Shown in pieces: positions 48,501 through 56,892 of a DNA stretch of 64,000 nucleotides. The notes under the pieces were generated by a model, which saw only the letters and a list, made by a program, of their open reading frames with translations, ran no database searches and was not told the origin of the DNA. Origin of the DNA: Candidatus Altimarinota bacterium (GTDB taxonomy: Bacteria; Patescibacteriota; Gracilibacteria; UBA1369; GCA-2718715); the NCBI GenBank assembly GCA_041242255.1, contig JBESAV010000001.1:480001-544000 (forward strand), written 5' to 3'. The stretch's first letter is position 1, and every line of letters starts with the position of its first letter. Position numbers and translations under genes: made by a program.

Positions 48501-50449
48501 GTCGCATCTGCTTCAAATAGTAGCCCTTGTTGAGCTTGATTTAAAGTAACTGTAAATTCATCTCTATTCAGAAGAATAGTACCATCCTCCTGATTATATC
48601 TTTGTAAAATAATCGAACTATCATTCTCAGGTGTAACCTGAAGATCTATTTTAGTATTTGGAGGAGTCACTCTTATAGTTTTGTAAGCAAGTCCCGGTAG
48701 TACTTCTTGATCTTCTTCAGCTGAGCTAGTTAGTCTAAGGCCAACTCTATATGTTCCTGGTCTTTTATATGTACAAGTCACTGAAGCTAAGTTAATCGGT
48801 CCAGAAGTGATCCCTTCACAAGTAACTAAGTCAGATTGACTAGTATAATCATTAAAATCTCCATCACCATCCACATCCCATTCAAAATTTTGATCATTTA
48901 AGCTAAGTTCAGCCGGATCATAACTCTTACTCCCATCAAAAGTCACAACTAGAGGAGAACTTCCTCGGGCTACATTCGTTACTATCACTGGAGCCGTAAA
49001 TCGTACATTAATCAACGCATTATATACCGCTTCAAGATTTCTAACTGCTTCCACAACATCGTTCGACCTAGCTAAATCCTCAAAGTTAACTGAGTCAGTA
49101 CTAAACCCAATCTCAAAACTATCACCACTTGTTGATGAAGATCCAAGGTCAGAGAAAGGATCTAAAACATCTTCTATGTCATATAGGTTTCCACCTTGTG
49201 AAAATGAATCTATCAAATCATCAATAGTCTGACTCAACGTCTGACCATTCTGCAAATTAATTGTCACAAAGTAAGGAGAAGAAGCATCGTTCAATGTATC
49301 CAAGGTTTCTCTCACATTATTAGCAACTCTCTGGTAGTCAGCAATCAAACCTCTTCTATAAACCACTTCATTTATGTAAGTTCTAAGGTCACTAGTGATC
49401 TCAGAACCAATATTTGAGTTTCCACCATTCACAATAACTTCTTCACAATCAGAAACATTGAAGTTCACAGGACGTTCACTTGGAGGAAGGTTACAAACAA
49501 GTTGTCTAAACTTAGCATCTCCACCAGAAAGGTTTTCATCAACCCATCCAAGCACTCCTCCACCAACATCATCTAAAAGATTTTCTAGATTAGAGTCCTG
49601 TGATTCGTTTGCAATAGCGTTTATCTCTTCCTGAGTAATTTGGTTTTGTATCACCAGCTTAGCAGGAGTTATAGCTCTATCTATCACGTATTGTGTAGCT
49701 AAGCTTGTATTACTCACCGCATCATACTGGTTCCCAATATCCTCAAGGGTGTCTTCAACCTGATTTAAATAATTCACAAATTCGCTTCTCGAAGTAAATT
49801 CAGAAGGCTCAAAAGATTTAATCAAAGCTAGTTGTCTAGTATTCTCCAAAAGCTGATCGTAAGCTTGTACATATCCCAATGCCGCAATTCTAACTTCAGT
49901 CGCCGCAGAGTTGTAGTTTGCTAGTTGAGCCCTATTTGTCCCGTCAACATTTGTTCCAAGTTCACCACCTTGAGGGATACTCAGGGCAGTATTTACAATC
50001 GCATACGAAGCAAAGATAACTATAATCCCAATAAACACATTTTTGATGTTCGTCTTAGCTTTACTCATCTGCTCATCATTGTCCAAAGCCGTCACATATT
50101 GGAATCCAGAGTAAATCACAATTATCAAAGCAATAAACCCAAGGAAGCTCAAAGCAAAATTAACTATCCTCAAAATGAAATCACGAATATTATCATCCTG
50201 AGTCAGTGTTGGATTCAAAGTATCATTAGGTAGTTCCAACCTACCATCAAAGTCTGAAAAAGAAGTTATCTGACTTCCACAATCAGCAAAACCAGAAAAC
50301 TGATCAGAAATTCCTCCACAAAAAACACTACTTTGTGCCCCAGTGATATCAGGCATTCCAAACATAAAAATCCCAAATAGAAGGGCAAAAATAGACATTG
50401 AAACGATTTTTCTTGTGATCTTTAGCATTTGATAAACATATTTAATCAT
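45575..50449 (-). CDS. giant PKD-repeat surface protein with N-terminal TrbC/VirB2-like pilin domain and C-terminal TM anchor
   Basis: IVNFALSFLG.IA.I.IIYSGFQY.TA..N.EQ..KAK..I..V.IGII.IF.SYAIVN; many PKD motifs. True start is probably ATG 50428, given TGGTATAAT at 50461-50453. Confidence 0.88.
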   Translation of the reverse strand: MIKYVYQMLKITRKIVSMSIFALLFGIFMFGMPDITGAQSSVFCGGISDQFSGFADCGSQITSFSDFDGRLELPNDTLNPTLTQDDNIRDFILRIVNFALSFLGFIALIIVIYSGFQYVTALDNDEQMSKAKTNIKNVFIGIIVIFASYAIVNTALSIPQGGELGTNVDGTNRAQLANYNSAATEVRIAALGYVQAYDQLLENTRQLALIKSFEPSEFTSRSEFVNYLNQVEDTLEDIGNQYDAVSNTSLATQYVIDRAITPAKLVIQNQITQEEINAIANESQDSNLENLLDDVGGGVLGWVDENLSGGDAKFRQLVCNLPPSERPVNFNVSDCEEVIVNGGNSNIGSEITSDLRTYINEVVYRRGLIADYQRVANNVRETLDTLNDASSPYFVTINLQNGQTLSQTIDDLIDSFSQGGNLYDIEDVLDPFSDLGSSSTSGDSFEIGFSTDSVNFEDLARSNDVVEAVRNLEAVYNALINVRFTAPVIVTNVARGSSPLVVTFDGSKSYDPAELSLNDQNFEWDVDGDGDFNDYTSQSDLVTCEGITSGPINLASVTCTYKRPGTYRVGLRLTSSAEEDQEVLPGLAYKTIRVTPPNTKIDLQVTPENDSSIILQRYNQEDGTILLNRDEFTVTLNQAQQGLLFEADATGNSIQEYAWRFSDEQGSISGSGDPILSGNEDEETDIGGVQDDVKTIRKTFNSRGRYSGVLSVTDAQGQTDRKVFYVNVNTIVARVNADKTNVIPGEEIVLDSSNSQSDFGPIVSREWTVDDTATDFGSEERITVSFENPGSKSIGLKVRDGEGNEATVQVNVNVESRPPTAVAIANSLDKNNPSLITLDASQSSDPDAGDIESLKYSWSFPGKIEGVDYTVINSDDQRRLEVQFLKKGTYRAKLTVVDPQGKVAEDEVEIVVNNIIDLRFGEEQQYATQLDDDSVVNFFVESNVADTATIFFGDGDNQTARFDENGRIRFEHNYEQAGAFDVRVEAEKDGTKKTINETFLVGAGSSPIAVITLEAFGNTYTKIDEMPAIYRDTLLTFDASESLNIDGTNDNLLYSWDTGDGGKFTQRTFTYSYRDLPSNPRGTFEINLTVTNLNDRTQTNTRTIRLPVVQAFPTVQNVIVTPRGGPTTPFDIEVEAVGANDPDGNIRTFRYYYYPLSRSDEQIGVIASGSPRATMQIGTMGREGEEVQYGICLDLIDDDGNEVKCRDIFNEGAAAIVTVVNGKNDLPTAKFRVDRTSISVGESINFIDESTDPDGEIVQWRYDFDGDGSFADEDIYETSTVEKTFEKASPVDGFKVRMEVTDDKGGRTVSGIIPIFVDSNLDPPVAAFTARSSGGDVSFTNNSRVDSVNGGFIDQTLWDFDTQLDSDGDGNPLNDVDSTEYSPSFSYDRSGVYGVKLTVVDNEGNVDEITNSFTISAQGGVVNEVASSGQTPRNNQANTDNLGFPTLNIDGEEVDTYPSAPSIGEVSLRDNGFIVTRPPYDLNEDAVIVEDGVIDVTFEFSKLPESVVEIKVDKNTYLDSGRDGVRNNDVDYSSTQREDFTTRYSSAFSPTRTLVTITDDQGNIYTDFIDIRFVGLDYNASLSFDIENNIPIFVYVVIVSLLGLFSGIILRKLDIQNKNKRKLY

Positions 50450-50503
50450 TTAATTATACCAAAAAAACACCTAAAGATAAACCCATACACAACATGTTAT
50501 TCT

Positions 50504-51520
50504 TTAAAAGTTACTCTCCAAAATTTCATCTTGAAGGGGACTCAATTCTATACCACTTCCTTCACTTTCCTCTAAGTCAATCACAGTATTTACAACTGCA
50601 AAAGCCCCAGCCGCAATTATGATACCAACCACAGCCCCAATGATTGCATTCTTAACTCTTCCAGCATTATCTTCATTACTAGGTTGAAATATATACATAA
50701 ACCCAGCGTATAACAGAGACAAAAGCGCAGCAATTGCGATAAACCCAGAAACAAAGTTTGTAAATGTAACTATCAGTCTATTAGCAGCAGTCACATCAAA
50801 CTGAGCACCATCTCTAGCAAAGAAAATCTCTCTTACCAAGCTCTCCGAAATAAGAACCAAAATAATCCCAGCAATCGAGTATTTAATCTGATTTTTAGCT
50901 ACATCCATAACTTCCTCATTTCCAGCGTTCGATACAAGTCTCATACCAGCAATGATCAAGAACAATAAAGCCACAGCCCCAATCATAGCCTCTACAACTC
51001 TTACTATCCCAAGTATTTCAGCTGCCCCAATTCGCGCAGCTTCCTGAGCAGCTTGCTCATTTTCAAGGAAACCACCTCCGCTTAAATCTAGTACTTGTAA
51101 AAACAAAATGTCAGCCGTCAAAACTATCACAATCGCTACAACCAAGTATCCCACATACTTTTTAAGCTTATCCAGGTCTTCATCCACATCTTGTTTCCCA
51201 ACTAGTCTCACTAAAGATATTGTCAGGTACAAAATAGTAATCCCTAAGATCACATACTTAGCTACAGACAAAGCTGAAAAAGCCAAACTAACAATTCTAT
51301 TTACTCCCGGTTGATCAAATCTACCAGGCGCCTCCTCAAACCCCATCACTGGAAGTCCAGTTGCATCTTGAATGTTTTCTAAGACACTTCTTGTGTCGTC
51401 ATTTATAAATCCATCTCTATCAGCTGCACTTTGTCCTTCCTGGGCGTTAGTAACACCACCAAACATTAGTACACTCAGCAATCCAATTGTCAGTAAAACT
51501 TTTTTCATAATTTTTATCAT
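50504..51520 (-). CDS. protein with three tandem TrbC/VirB2-like (CPR pilin) domains
   Basis: Signal peptide then three units such as LIIAGMRLVSNAGNEEVMDVAKNQIKYSIAG and LLYAGFMYI..SNEDNAGRVKNAIIGAVVG. Confidence 0.82.
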   Translation of the reverse strand: MIKIMKKVLLTIGLLSVLMFGGVTNAQEGQSAADRDGFINDDTRSVLENIQDATGLPVMGFEEAPGRFDQPGVNRIVSLAFSALSVAKYVILGITILYLTISLVRLVGKQDVDEDLDKLKKYVGYLVVAIVIVLTADILFLQVLDLSGGGFLENEQAAQEAARIGAAEILGIVRVVEAMIGAVALLFLIIAGMRLVSNAGNEEVMDVAKNQIKYSIAGIILVLISESLVREIFFARDGAQFDVTAANRLIVTFTNFVSGFIAIAALLSLLYAGFMYIFQPSNEDNAGRVKNAIIGAVVGIIIAAGAFAVVNTVIDLEESEGSGIELSPLQDEILESNF

Positions 51521-52413
51521 AATCTTCCAGCTATTACAGTAGAAACAAGCGCAAATGCTCCATAAACCATGATTATCCCAAGTAGGGAAACACCAATCAT
51601 CTTTCGTGCCTTGCCTTGAGTTTCTTCATTTCCACCACTTGCAGCGTACATAAGGCCTCCTGCCACAAGAGTCAGCATGCTAATAGGTCCCATAAACGCC
51701 ACAATAAGGTTTATAAATCCTACTAGTTCCTCCATACCTTGACCAAGATCAACTCTTGGCTCTGAAAGGGGAGTATCAACCCTATAGAACACTCTTCGTA
51801 TCAGCCCATCTGCAAAGATAAGCCCCACTAAGGCCGCTAATGTAACTCCAAAGTTCTTCTTAGCTTTACTGACCTGCTCTTCACTATTAGCCGAAGCAAT
51901 CATCTGTCCACCAGAGAAAACAAGCGAAGCTGTCGCCACAGCAGTTAGAATATATTTAAAGAAAGTAATAATAACTCTTACTCCATTATCAAACACCAAT
52001 AGTCTTTCCTGGACCACATCCCTAGTCCCAAGTAATCCACCATCATTCGCTGCAAAAAGTTTTCCAAGATCTGGAGATATAGCCATGATAATTATTCCAG
52101 TCACACTATATAAGAGAGTTTTACCAGCAGATTCCATCGCTTCAGAGTCACCTTGAGAGAAGGCAAGTCTCATTGCAGAAATGATTGCAAAAATAGTAGC
52201 AATCAAACCAACACCAAGCCTCACCAGATTCACAAACTGCTCGATAACAAATTCAGCCTGCTCCAAACCAGTATCACCTTCAGGCCTAAAAAAGAATCTT
52301 TCAAAAGGAGAAGTATTGAAGTCCAAAAACTGAGCTGAAGCCACTCCAGCATCAATACAAACCATCATCCCCAGCAACCCACCGATCAAACCAACTTTCC
52401 AATTAAGCTTCAT
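51517..52413 (-). CDS. protein with three tandem TrbC/VirB2-like (CPR pilin) domains
   Basis: Signal peptide (ASA|Q) then units ..SAMRL..SQGD.E....A.K, ..SGGQM..SAN.EEQV.KAKK and ..GGLMY..SGGNEE...KARK. Confidence 0.82.
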   Translation of the reverse strand: MKLNWKVGLIGGLLGMMVCIDAGVASAQFLDFNTSPFERFFFRPEGDTGLEQAEFVIEQFVNLVRLGVGLIATIFAIISAMRLAFSQGDSEAMESAGKTLLYSVTGIIIMAISPDLGKLFAANDGGLLGTRDVVQERLLVFDNGVRVIITFFKYILTAVATASLVFSGGQMIASANSEEQVSKAKKNFGVTLAALVGLIFADGLIRRVFYRVDTPLSEPRVDLGQGMEELVGFINLIVAFMGPISMLTLVAGGLMYAASGGNEETQGKARKMIGVSLLGIIMVYGAFALVSTVIAGRL

Positions 52414-52525
52414 AAATAAATTTATTTCTCTCTATTATACAACAAAATCTCTTGATTTTCCAACTATACTAATTCATACTTCAAATATACAAATCAACCC
52501 GGACCGGGTTTTTAACTGTGAAATT

Positions 52526-52837
52526 ATGATTAAATATTTTAAGAACAGCATAAAGGAGATCCAAAAGGTAACTTGGCCCTCTAAGGAAGACTCACTCAAG
52601 CTCACTATTATTACCTTGATTTTTACAGCACTTACAACTCTTGGACTTACACTTGTAGACCAAGTTTTCAATGCTGGATATCAAACTCTTGTAGATCTTA
52701 GCCCTGAGACTATCAATACTGAAGCTCCTCAATTCGATCTAAATGCAGTTGATGTACAAACAGCACCGGTAACAGGAGAATCAACAGAAGTTCAAATTAA
52801 CGAAGCTCCAGATACAGAAACAACCGAAACAGAATAA
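52526..52837 (+). CDS. secE: preprotein translocase subunit SecE
   Basis: KEIQKVTWPS motif + TM; upstream of nusG. Confidence 0.93.
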   Translation: MIKYFKNSIKEIQKVTWPSKEDSLKLTIITLIFTALTTLGLTLVDQVFNAGYQTLVDLSPETINTEAPQFDLNAVDVQTAPVTGESTEVQINEAPDTETTETE

Positions 52838-52849
52838 CCCAACTAAATC

Positions 52850-53395
52850 ATGGCAAAACAAGTAGCAAACACCGGTAAGCAGTGGTATGTGATCCACACC
52901 TATTCCGGATATGAAGACGCAGTTAAAGACAACCTTCTACAGAGAATCGACAGTCTTAACATGCAAGATTACATTTTCGACGTAGTTGTTCCAAAAGAGA
53001 AACAAATCGTAATGAAAAAAGGACAACCAGTAGAAGAAGACAAAAAAATCTTTCCAGGATACGTATTAGTACAAATGGTTGTAACAGACGAATCATGGTA
53101 TGTAGTTAGAAATACTCCAAACGTAACAGGTTTCGTAGGTTCAGGGAATATCCCAGTTCCAGTATCTCCAGAAGAATGGAATATAGTAGAAAAACAAATG
53201 GGTAAATCCGAAGCCAAATTCGACATCTCAGTTTCAGTTGGAGATCCAGTTACAGTACTTGAAGGACCATTCGCCAACTACGAAGCCATAGTTGAAGAAA
53301 TCGACGAAGAGAAAGGTAAGGTTAAAGTCCTCATCACAATCTTCGGTCGTGAAACACCAGTTGAACTAGACTTCAATCAAGTTAAAAAACGATAA
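52850..53395 (+). CDS. nusG: transcription termination/antitermination factor NusG
   Basis: WYVIHTYSGYE, FPGYVLV, VRNTP.VTGFVG, KOW GPFA, IFGRETPVEL. Confidence 0.98.
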   Translation: MAKQVANTGKQWYVIHTYSGYEDAVKDNLLQRIDSLNMQDYIFDVVVPKEKQIVMKKGQPVEEDKKIFPGYVLVQMVVTDESWYVVRNTPNVTGFVGSGNIPVPVSPEEWNIVEKQMGKSEAKFDISVSVGDPVTVLEGPFANYEAIVEEIDEEKGKVKVLITIFGRETPVELDFNQVKKR

Positions 53396-53400
53396 ACTCA

Positions 53401-54291
53401 ATGAATCTTCAATATTCAAATCAAGAGTTTAGCGATTTGTTCAACTTAGAAAAAATAGGTTTTACCAATCTTAAACACTTTGAGGATGGTTTAGGTTTTA
53501 GCGCTATTCAAAAAGTACCAAATACAGGCTTGATGTCTTTGATTAAAGTTGGAGTGAAAAAAGAAACTAAAGAAGGTAGGGCGCCTCTCTTTATAACTAT
53601 ATCTTTAGTTAAAGACGATTGTAACGAGAATGGGTATTTACAATATCATGATGAAGATCTAAATCCACTTAGCACTTTACCAATTTCTCTCAAATCAGAC
53701 GAAGATTATTTTATTAGTAATGGTACTTTTGAAAGAGAAGATGGCAGCACAATTGATACTGAATCAATTATAAGAGAAGTTTACGATTTACATTTAAAAA
53801 GAACAAAAGGTATCGTAAGTATACCTTTAAGATTTAAATTAATGTTTAATTTCATACTTAGATCTTATAATGAGGCCTTATACAATAGAACGAAATGTCT
53901 TTTAGAGTATCTAACAAATAAGCAGTTCGTATACCCTTACTATCCTGACTTATATTTAGATTCAAGCTATCATATGAGCAAAAGTTTACATAAAAAAGAA
54001 GGCGAAGGCAGAGGAGAGGAAATTGACTTTTACAAATACAAAGTTCTTAAATCAACATTATTTCTTTATAGTTTTTTTAGCTTGATATCTTTATATATTT
54101 TCCATCATTATAATTATTATCCAGAATTCCTAACGGTTATTTCTAAACACCCACTTACTACCGCGTTATATGTTATATTATCTCTATATTTATTCGAGAT
54201 TATAGCAGAGGAGTTTATCCCAAAAATACTAAAAAAAGATTTAGATCGAATTTATAAACGAATACAAAAAAACATATATATCAATTTTTAA
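53401..54291 (+). CDS. hypothetical membrane protein (compositionally atypical)
   Basis: 296-aa ORF with two C-terminal TMs; lacks the C-rich bias of neighbouring + strand genes. Confidence 0.72.
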   Translation: MNLQYSNQEFSDLFNLEKIGFTNLKHFEDGLGFSAIQKVPNTGLMSLIKVGVKKETKEGRAPLFITISLVKDDCNENGYLQYHDEDLNPLSTLPISLKSDEDYFISNGTFEREDGSTIDTESIIREVYDLHLKRTKGIVSIPLRFKLMFNFILRSYNEALYNRTKCLLEYLTNKQFVYPYYPDLYLDSSYHMSKSLHKKEGEGRGEEIDFYKYKVLKSTLFLYSFFSLISLYIFHHYNYYPEFLTVISKHPLTTALYVILSLYLFEIIAEEFIPKILKKDLDRIYKRIQKNIYINF

Positions 54292-54953
54292 TGCCTCGCA
54301 AAAAACTAAAAAGATTCAAAGAAATAAACAGCTTCCCAAACGTCTTCCAAGACCGGGAGGCTTTTCAAAATTTCTCGCTACCACCTCACAAGAAACTCAT
54401 CTTAGAGTTAGGGTGTGGGAAAGGGGACTATACCATCCAATTGGCTCAAAGGTATCCTGATAACTTCTACCTAGGTTTCGAGAAAAAAGGTGAAAGAATC
54501 TGGCGAGGAGCAAAAACATGCTTAGACAAAGATATCCAAAACACAGCTTTCATCCGTTCAGATATTGCTCACATCAATGATTTTTTCCCAAACCAAATTA
54601 TCGATGAGATTTGGATAACTTTCCCCGGTCCATTCCCAAAAGACAAACATGAAAACCGCCGCCTAACCGCACCCCCATTCCTGGAAAGATACGCAAAGCT
54701 TCTGAAGTCAGATCACATTATCCATTTGAAAACTGATCACAAGGGATTATTTGAGTACACGCTTGATCTCATATCTCACAACCCTAAGCTTCAACTACTT
54801 CAGTCCCAAAAAGACATCCACAATACTAGTCATCAGATCCCAGACATGGACATTCAAACAGACTTCGAAAAAAAACATTTGAAAAGGGGAGAGACCATAA
54901 ATTACTTGGCTTTCAAGATAAAAGATTCCACTTTCCAGTCCTCTCCACTATAA
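54291..54953 (+). CDS. trmB: tRNA (guanine-N7)-methyltransferase
   Basis: LELGCGKG, IWITFP.P.PK..H..RRL, LKTD, T.FE. Confidence 0.93.
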   Translation: MPRKKLKRFKEINSFPNVFQDREAFQNFSLPPHKKLILELGCGKGDYTIQLAQRYPDNFYLGFEKKGERIWRGAKTCLDKDIQNTAFIRSDIAHINDFFPNQIIDEIWITFPGPFPKDKHENRRLTAPPFLERYAKLLKSDHIIHLKTDHKGLFEYTLDLISHNPKLQLLQSQKDIHNTSHQIPDMDIQTDFEKKHLKRGETINYLAFKIKDSTFQSSPL

Positions 54954-54983
54954 TTTGCACAAACAAAATTAAGAACACCTAAA

Positions 54984-55658
54984 GTGCAAAAAATTACCAT
55001 CATTGCTATCCTCCTATCAGCAATCGTCCTTACAATAGCCGCCGAGCTTGTTTCCCAAGACTACATCCAGAAAGTTCGTCCTGAGATAGAAGATCAAGTT
55101 GAAGCCAACGTCCTCAAGTTAGGTTCTTTTACTGATTACATTCAACAAAAAGAACTCATTGAAAACGCAGAAGAAGCTCAAGAAATCATAGACGAAGCAG
55201 CCCCAGAGCAACCCTCTGACTCTAATGAGGCCCTTGAAAGTGTCCGCCTAAATACACTAATTTTAGAGCTAGACATCCCTAGGCTACAGTTAAGATTCCA
55301 GGAAATCCCAGAAAGACTTTTTGATTCATTTCAAATATCCAAAGATCTAGTAAATAAAGAGGTTTACGCCATAGTTTCATCTGATCAGCAAACCATTGCT
55401 TCTATTCAAGAAATTGTCACAGACGACGAAAAAAAATCTCAACAAATCTTCGAAGAGATTAAAGCCATTTCAAGTTCAGTTCCAAGTTTTTCCATCAACC
55501 AAACCAACGAATTCGGTGATCGCTCATTCTATATCAACCCCAACCAAGATTCCGATAGCGCCTTTCTAATCAACCAAAAAGGAACCCTGATCTACGCTGT
55601 TGCATACCAAAAACAATATCACGATCAGTTCAAGGATTGGTTCGAACTTCTACTCTAG
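54984..55658 (+). CDS. secreted/membrane-anchored hypothetical protein
   Basis: GTG start, N-terminal hydrophobic helix, C-terminal NQTN.FG..SFY.N motif. Confidence 0.75.
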   Translation: MQKITIIAILLSAIVLTIAAELVSQDYIQKVRPEIEDQVEANVLKLGSFTDYIQQKELIENAEEAQEIIDEAAPEQPSDSNEALESVRLNTLILELDIPRLQLRFQEIPERLFDSFQISKDLVNKEVYAIVSSDQQTIASIQEIVTDDEKKSQQIFEEIKAISSSVPSFSINQTNEFGDRSFYINPNQDSDSAFLINQKGTLIYAVAYQKQYHDQFKDWFELLL

Positions 55659-55659
55659 T

Positions 55660-55687
55660 TTGACAAAATTCCAGCCAGGGTTAATCT
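55660..55687 (+). promoter_or_regulatory. sigma70-type promoter of the small-peptide unit
   Basis: TTGACA (55660-65), 16 nt, TAATCT (55682-87). Confidence 0.55.
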
Positions 55688-55755
55688 AGCCTTAGATCAT
55701 TACACAATAGCCTAAGATCTCTTTCCGAGAGTGTCTTAAACTAAAAGGAGTAAAA

Positions 55756-55869
55756 GTGAAAAAATTAGTAGGACTATTGATTCTTATGATTCTAGTAATT
55801 TCTGCACAAGTAGGACTGTACCTATCCTACAAAGACAGCAATATTTTATACTTTGTTTTAACTCCATAG
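55756..55869 (+). CDS. 37-aa hydrophobic peptide, type I toxin-like (absent from ORF track)
   Basis: AAGGAG SD, GTG start, MKKLVGLLILMILVISAQVGLYLSYKDSNILYFVLTP*, flanked by a promoter and a terminator. Confidence 0.62.
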   Translation: MKKLVGLLILMILVISAQVGLYLSYKDSNILYFVLTP

Positions 55870-55878
55870 GTCATGATC

Positions 55879-55911
55879 TGAGAAGAGGTTTTTATTCCTC
55901 TTCTCATTTTT
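55879..55911 (+). terminator. intrinsic terminator
   Basis: TGAGAAGAGG-loop-CCTCTTCTCA (10-bp stem) + TTTTT. Confidence 0.82.
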
Positions 55912-55992
55912 CGACAATCCAAATAGTAGTTCTAAACTTGACTCAAGCCCTCAAAAAAGGTAAAAAGTGTATACTTTATTTAAATAAACACG

Positions 55993-56418
55993 ATGCCAAA
56001 ACAAGTGCAAACTGTCATCAAGTTACAGATCCCTGCTGGTAAAGCAAATCCTGCTCCTCCAGTTGGTCCTGCTCTAGGGCAACACGGGATTCCGATCCAA
56101 GATTTCTGTACGCAATTCAATAATGCTACAAGAGAACAAGGAGACGCAATCATCCCTGTAGAGATTACTGTTTACGATGATCGTTCATTCGAATTTATCA
56201 CCAAAAAACCACCAGCGGCTTATCTTATCAAGAAAGAAGTTGGAATTCCAAAAGGTTCAGGTGAACCAAATACAAAAAAAGTTGGAACTATTACAAGAGC
56301 TCAACTTGAAAACGTTGCTAAGATCAAAATGGAAGATCTTAACGCTAACGATATGGACGCAGCTGTAAAGATTCTTGCAGGAACTGCAAAACAAATGGGA
56401 CTAGAAGTAAAACTTTAA
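55993..56418 (+). CDS. rplK: 50S ribosomal protein L11
   Basis: [39 protein letters not shown]. Confidence 0.98.
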   Translation: MPKQVQTVIKLQIPAGKANPAPPVGPALGQHGIPIQDFCTQFNNATREQGDAIIPVEITVYDDRSFEFITKKPPAAYLIKKEVGIPKGSGEPNTKKVGTITRAQLENVAKIKMEDLNANDMDAAVKILAGTAKQMGLEVKL

Positions 56419-56427
56419 TTAACTTAA

Positions 56428-56826
56428 ATGTCTAATTTCAAATCATACCTAAAAGCCGGTTACCTATATGTAGTAGCTGGGATAACACTAGTAATGATTC
56501 TTATCGGTTCAACGATGATCATCCAAAATGTCATCACCTATAATATCTTAGACATTAAGCAAGAACGTTGGGGGCAATCTCCAGAAGTTACATGTGAATG
56601 GAAATATCAAGAACCATCCACTGAAACAACAGAGACCTCAGTTCCAAGGCCTTCTGAATCCAACTATGATTCACTCGACGAGTGCATAGAAGCAGAAACA
56701 AAAGCCATCGAAGAGCAAGCTAAAATTAGATATGCTTATGACATGGCTCAAGCCGTAGCAATGCTACTAATAGCCATTCCAGTATGGGCTTATCACTGGA
56801 GACTTATCAGAAGAGAAGATAAGTAA
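56428..56826 (+). CDS. two-TM membrane protein (DUF5671-like)
   Basis: YLY.V..ITL.M...G and A.LLIA.PVW.YHW motifs; Cys pair in the loop. Confidence 0.7.
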   Translation: MSNFKSYLKAGYLYVVAGITLVMILIGSTMIIQNVITYNILDIKQERWGQSPEVTCEWKYQEPSTETTETSVPRPSESNYDSLDECIEAETKAIEEQAKIRYAYDMAQAVAMLLIAIPVWAYHWRLIRREDK

Positions 56827-56838
56827 AACAATTCTCAA

Positions 56839-56874
56839 GTGGGACTTAAGCCATGAGCTTAAGGCTCGAACCAC
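56839..56874 (+). promoter_or_regulatory. ribosomal protein L1-binding autoregulatory leader
   Basis: GTGGGA-CTTAAGC-loop-GCTTAAG-GCTCGAACCAC fits the known GTGGGA...GCT..AACCAC L1 site just upstream of rplA. Confidence 0.72.
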
Positions 56875-56892
56875 AATTTAAACAAAACAAAA

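Noticed and set aside
52496-52513. Hairpin AACCCG-GAC-CGGGTT-TTT upstream of secE as an attenuator
   Set aside because: Only a 6-bp stem with a 3-nt loop and no visible alternative structure; too weak to call.
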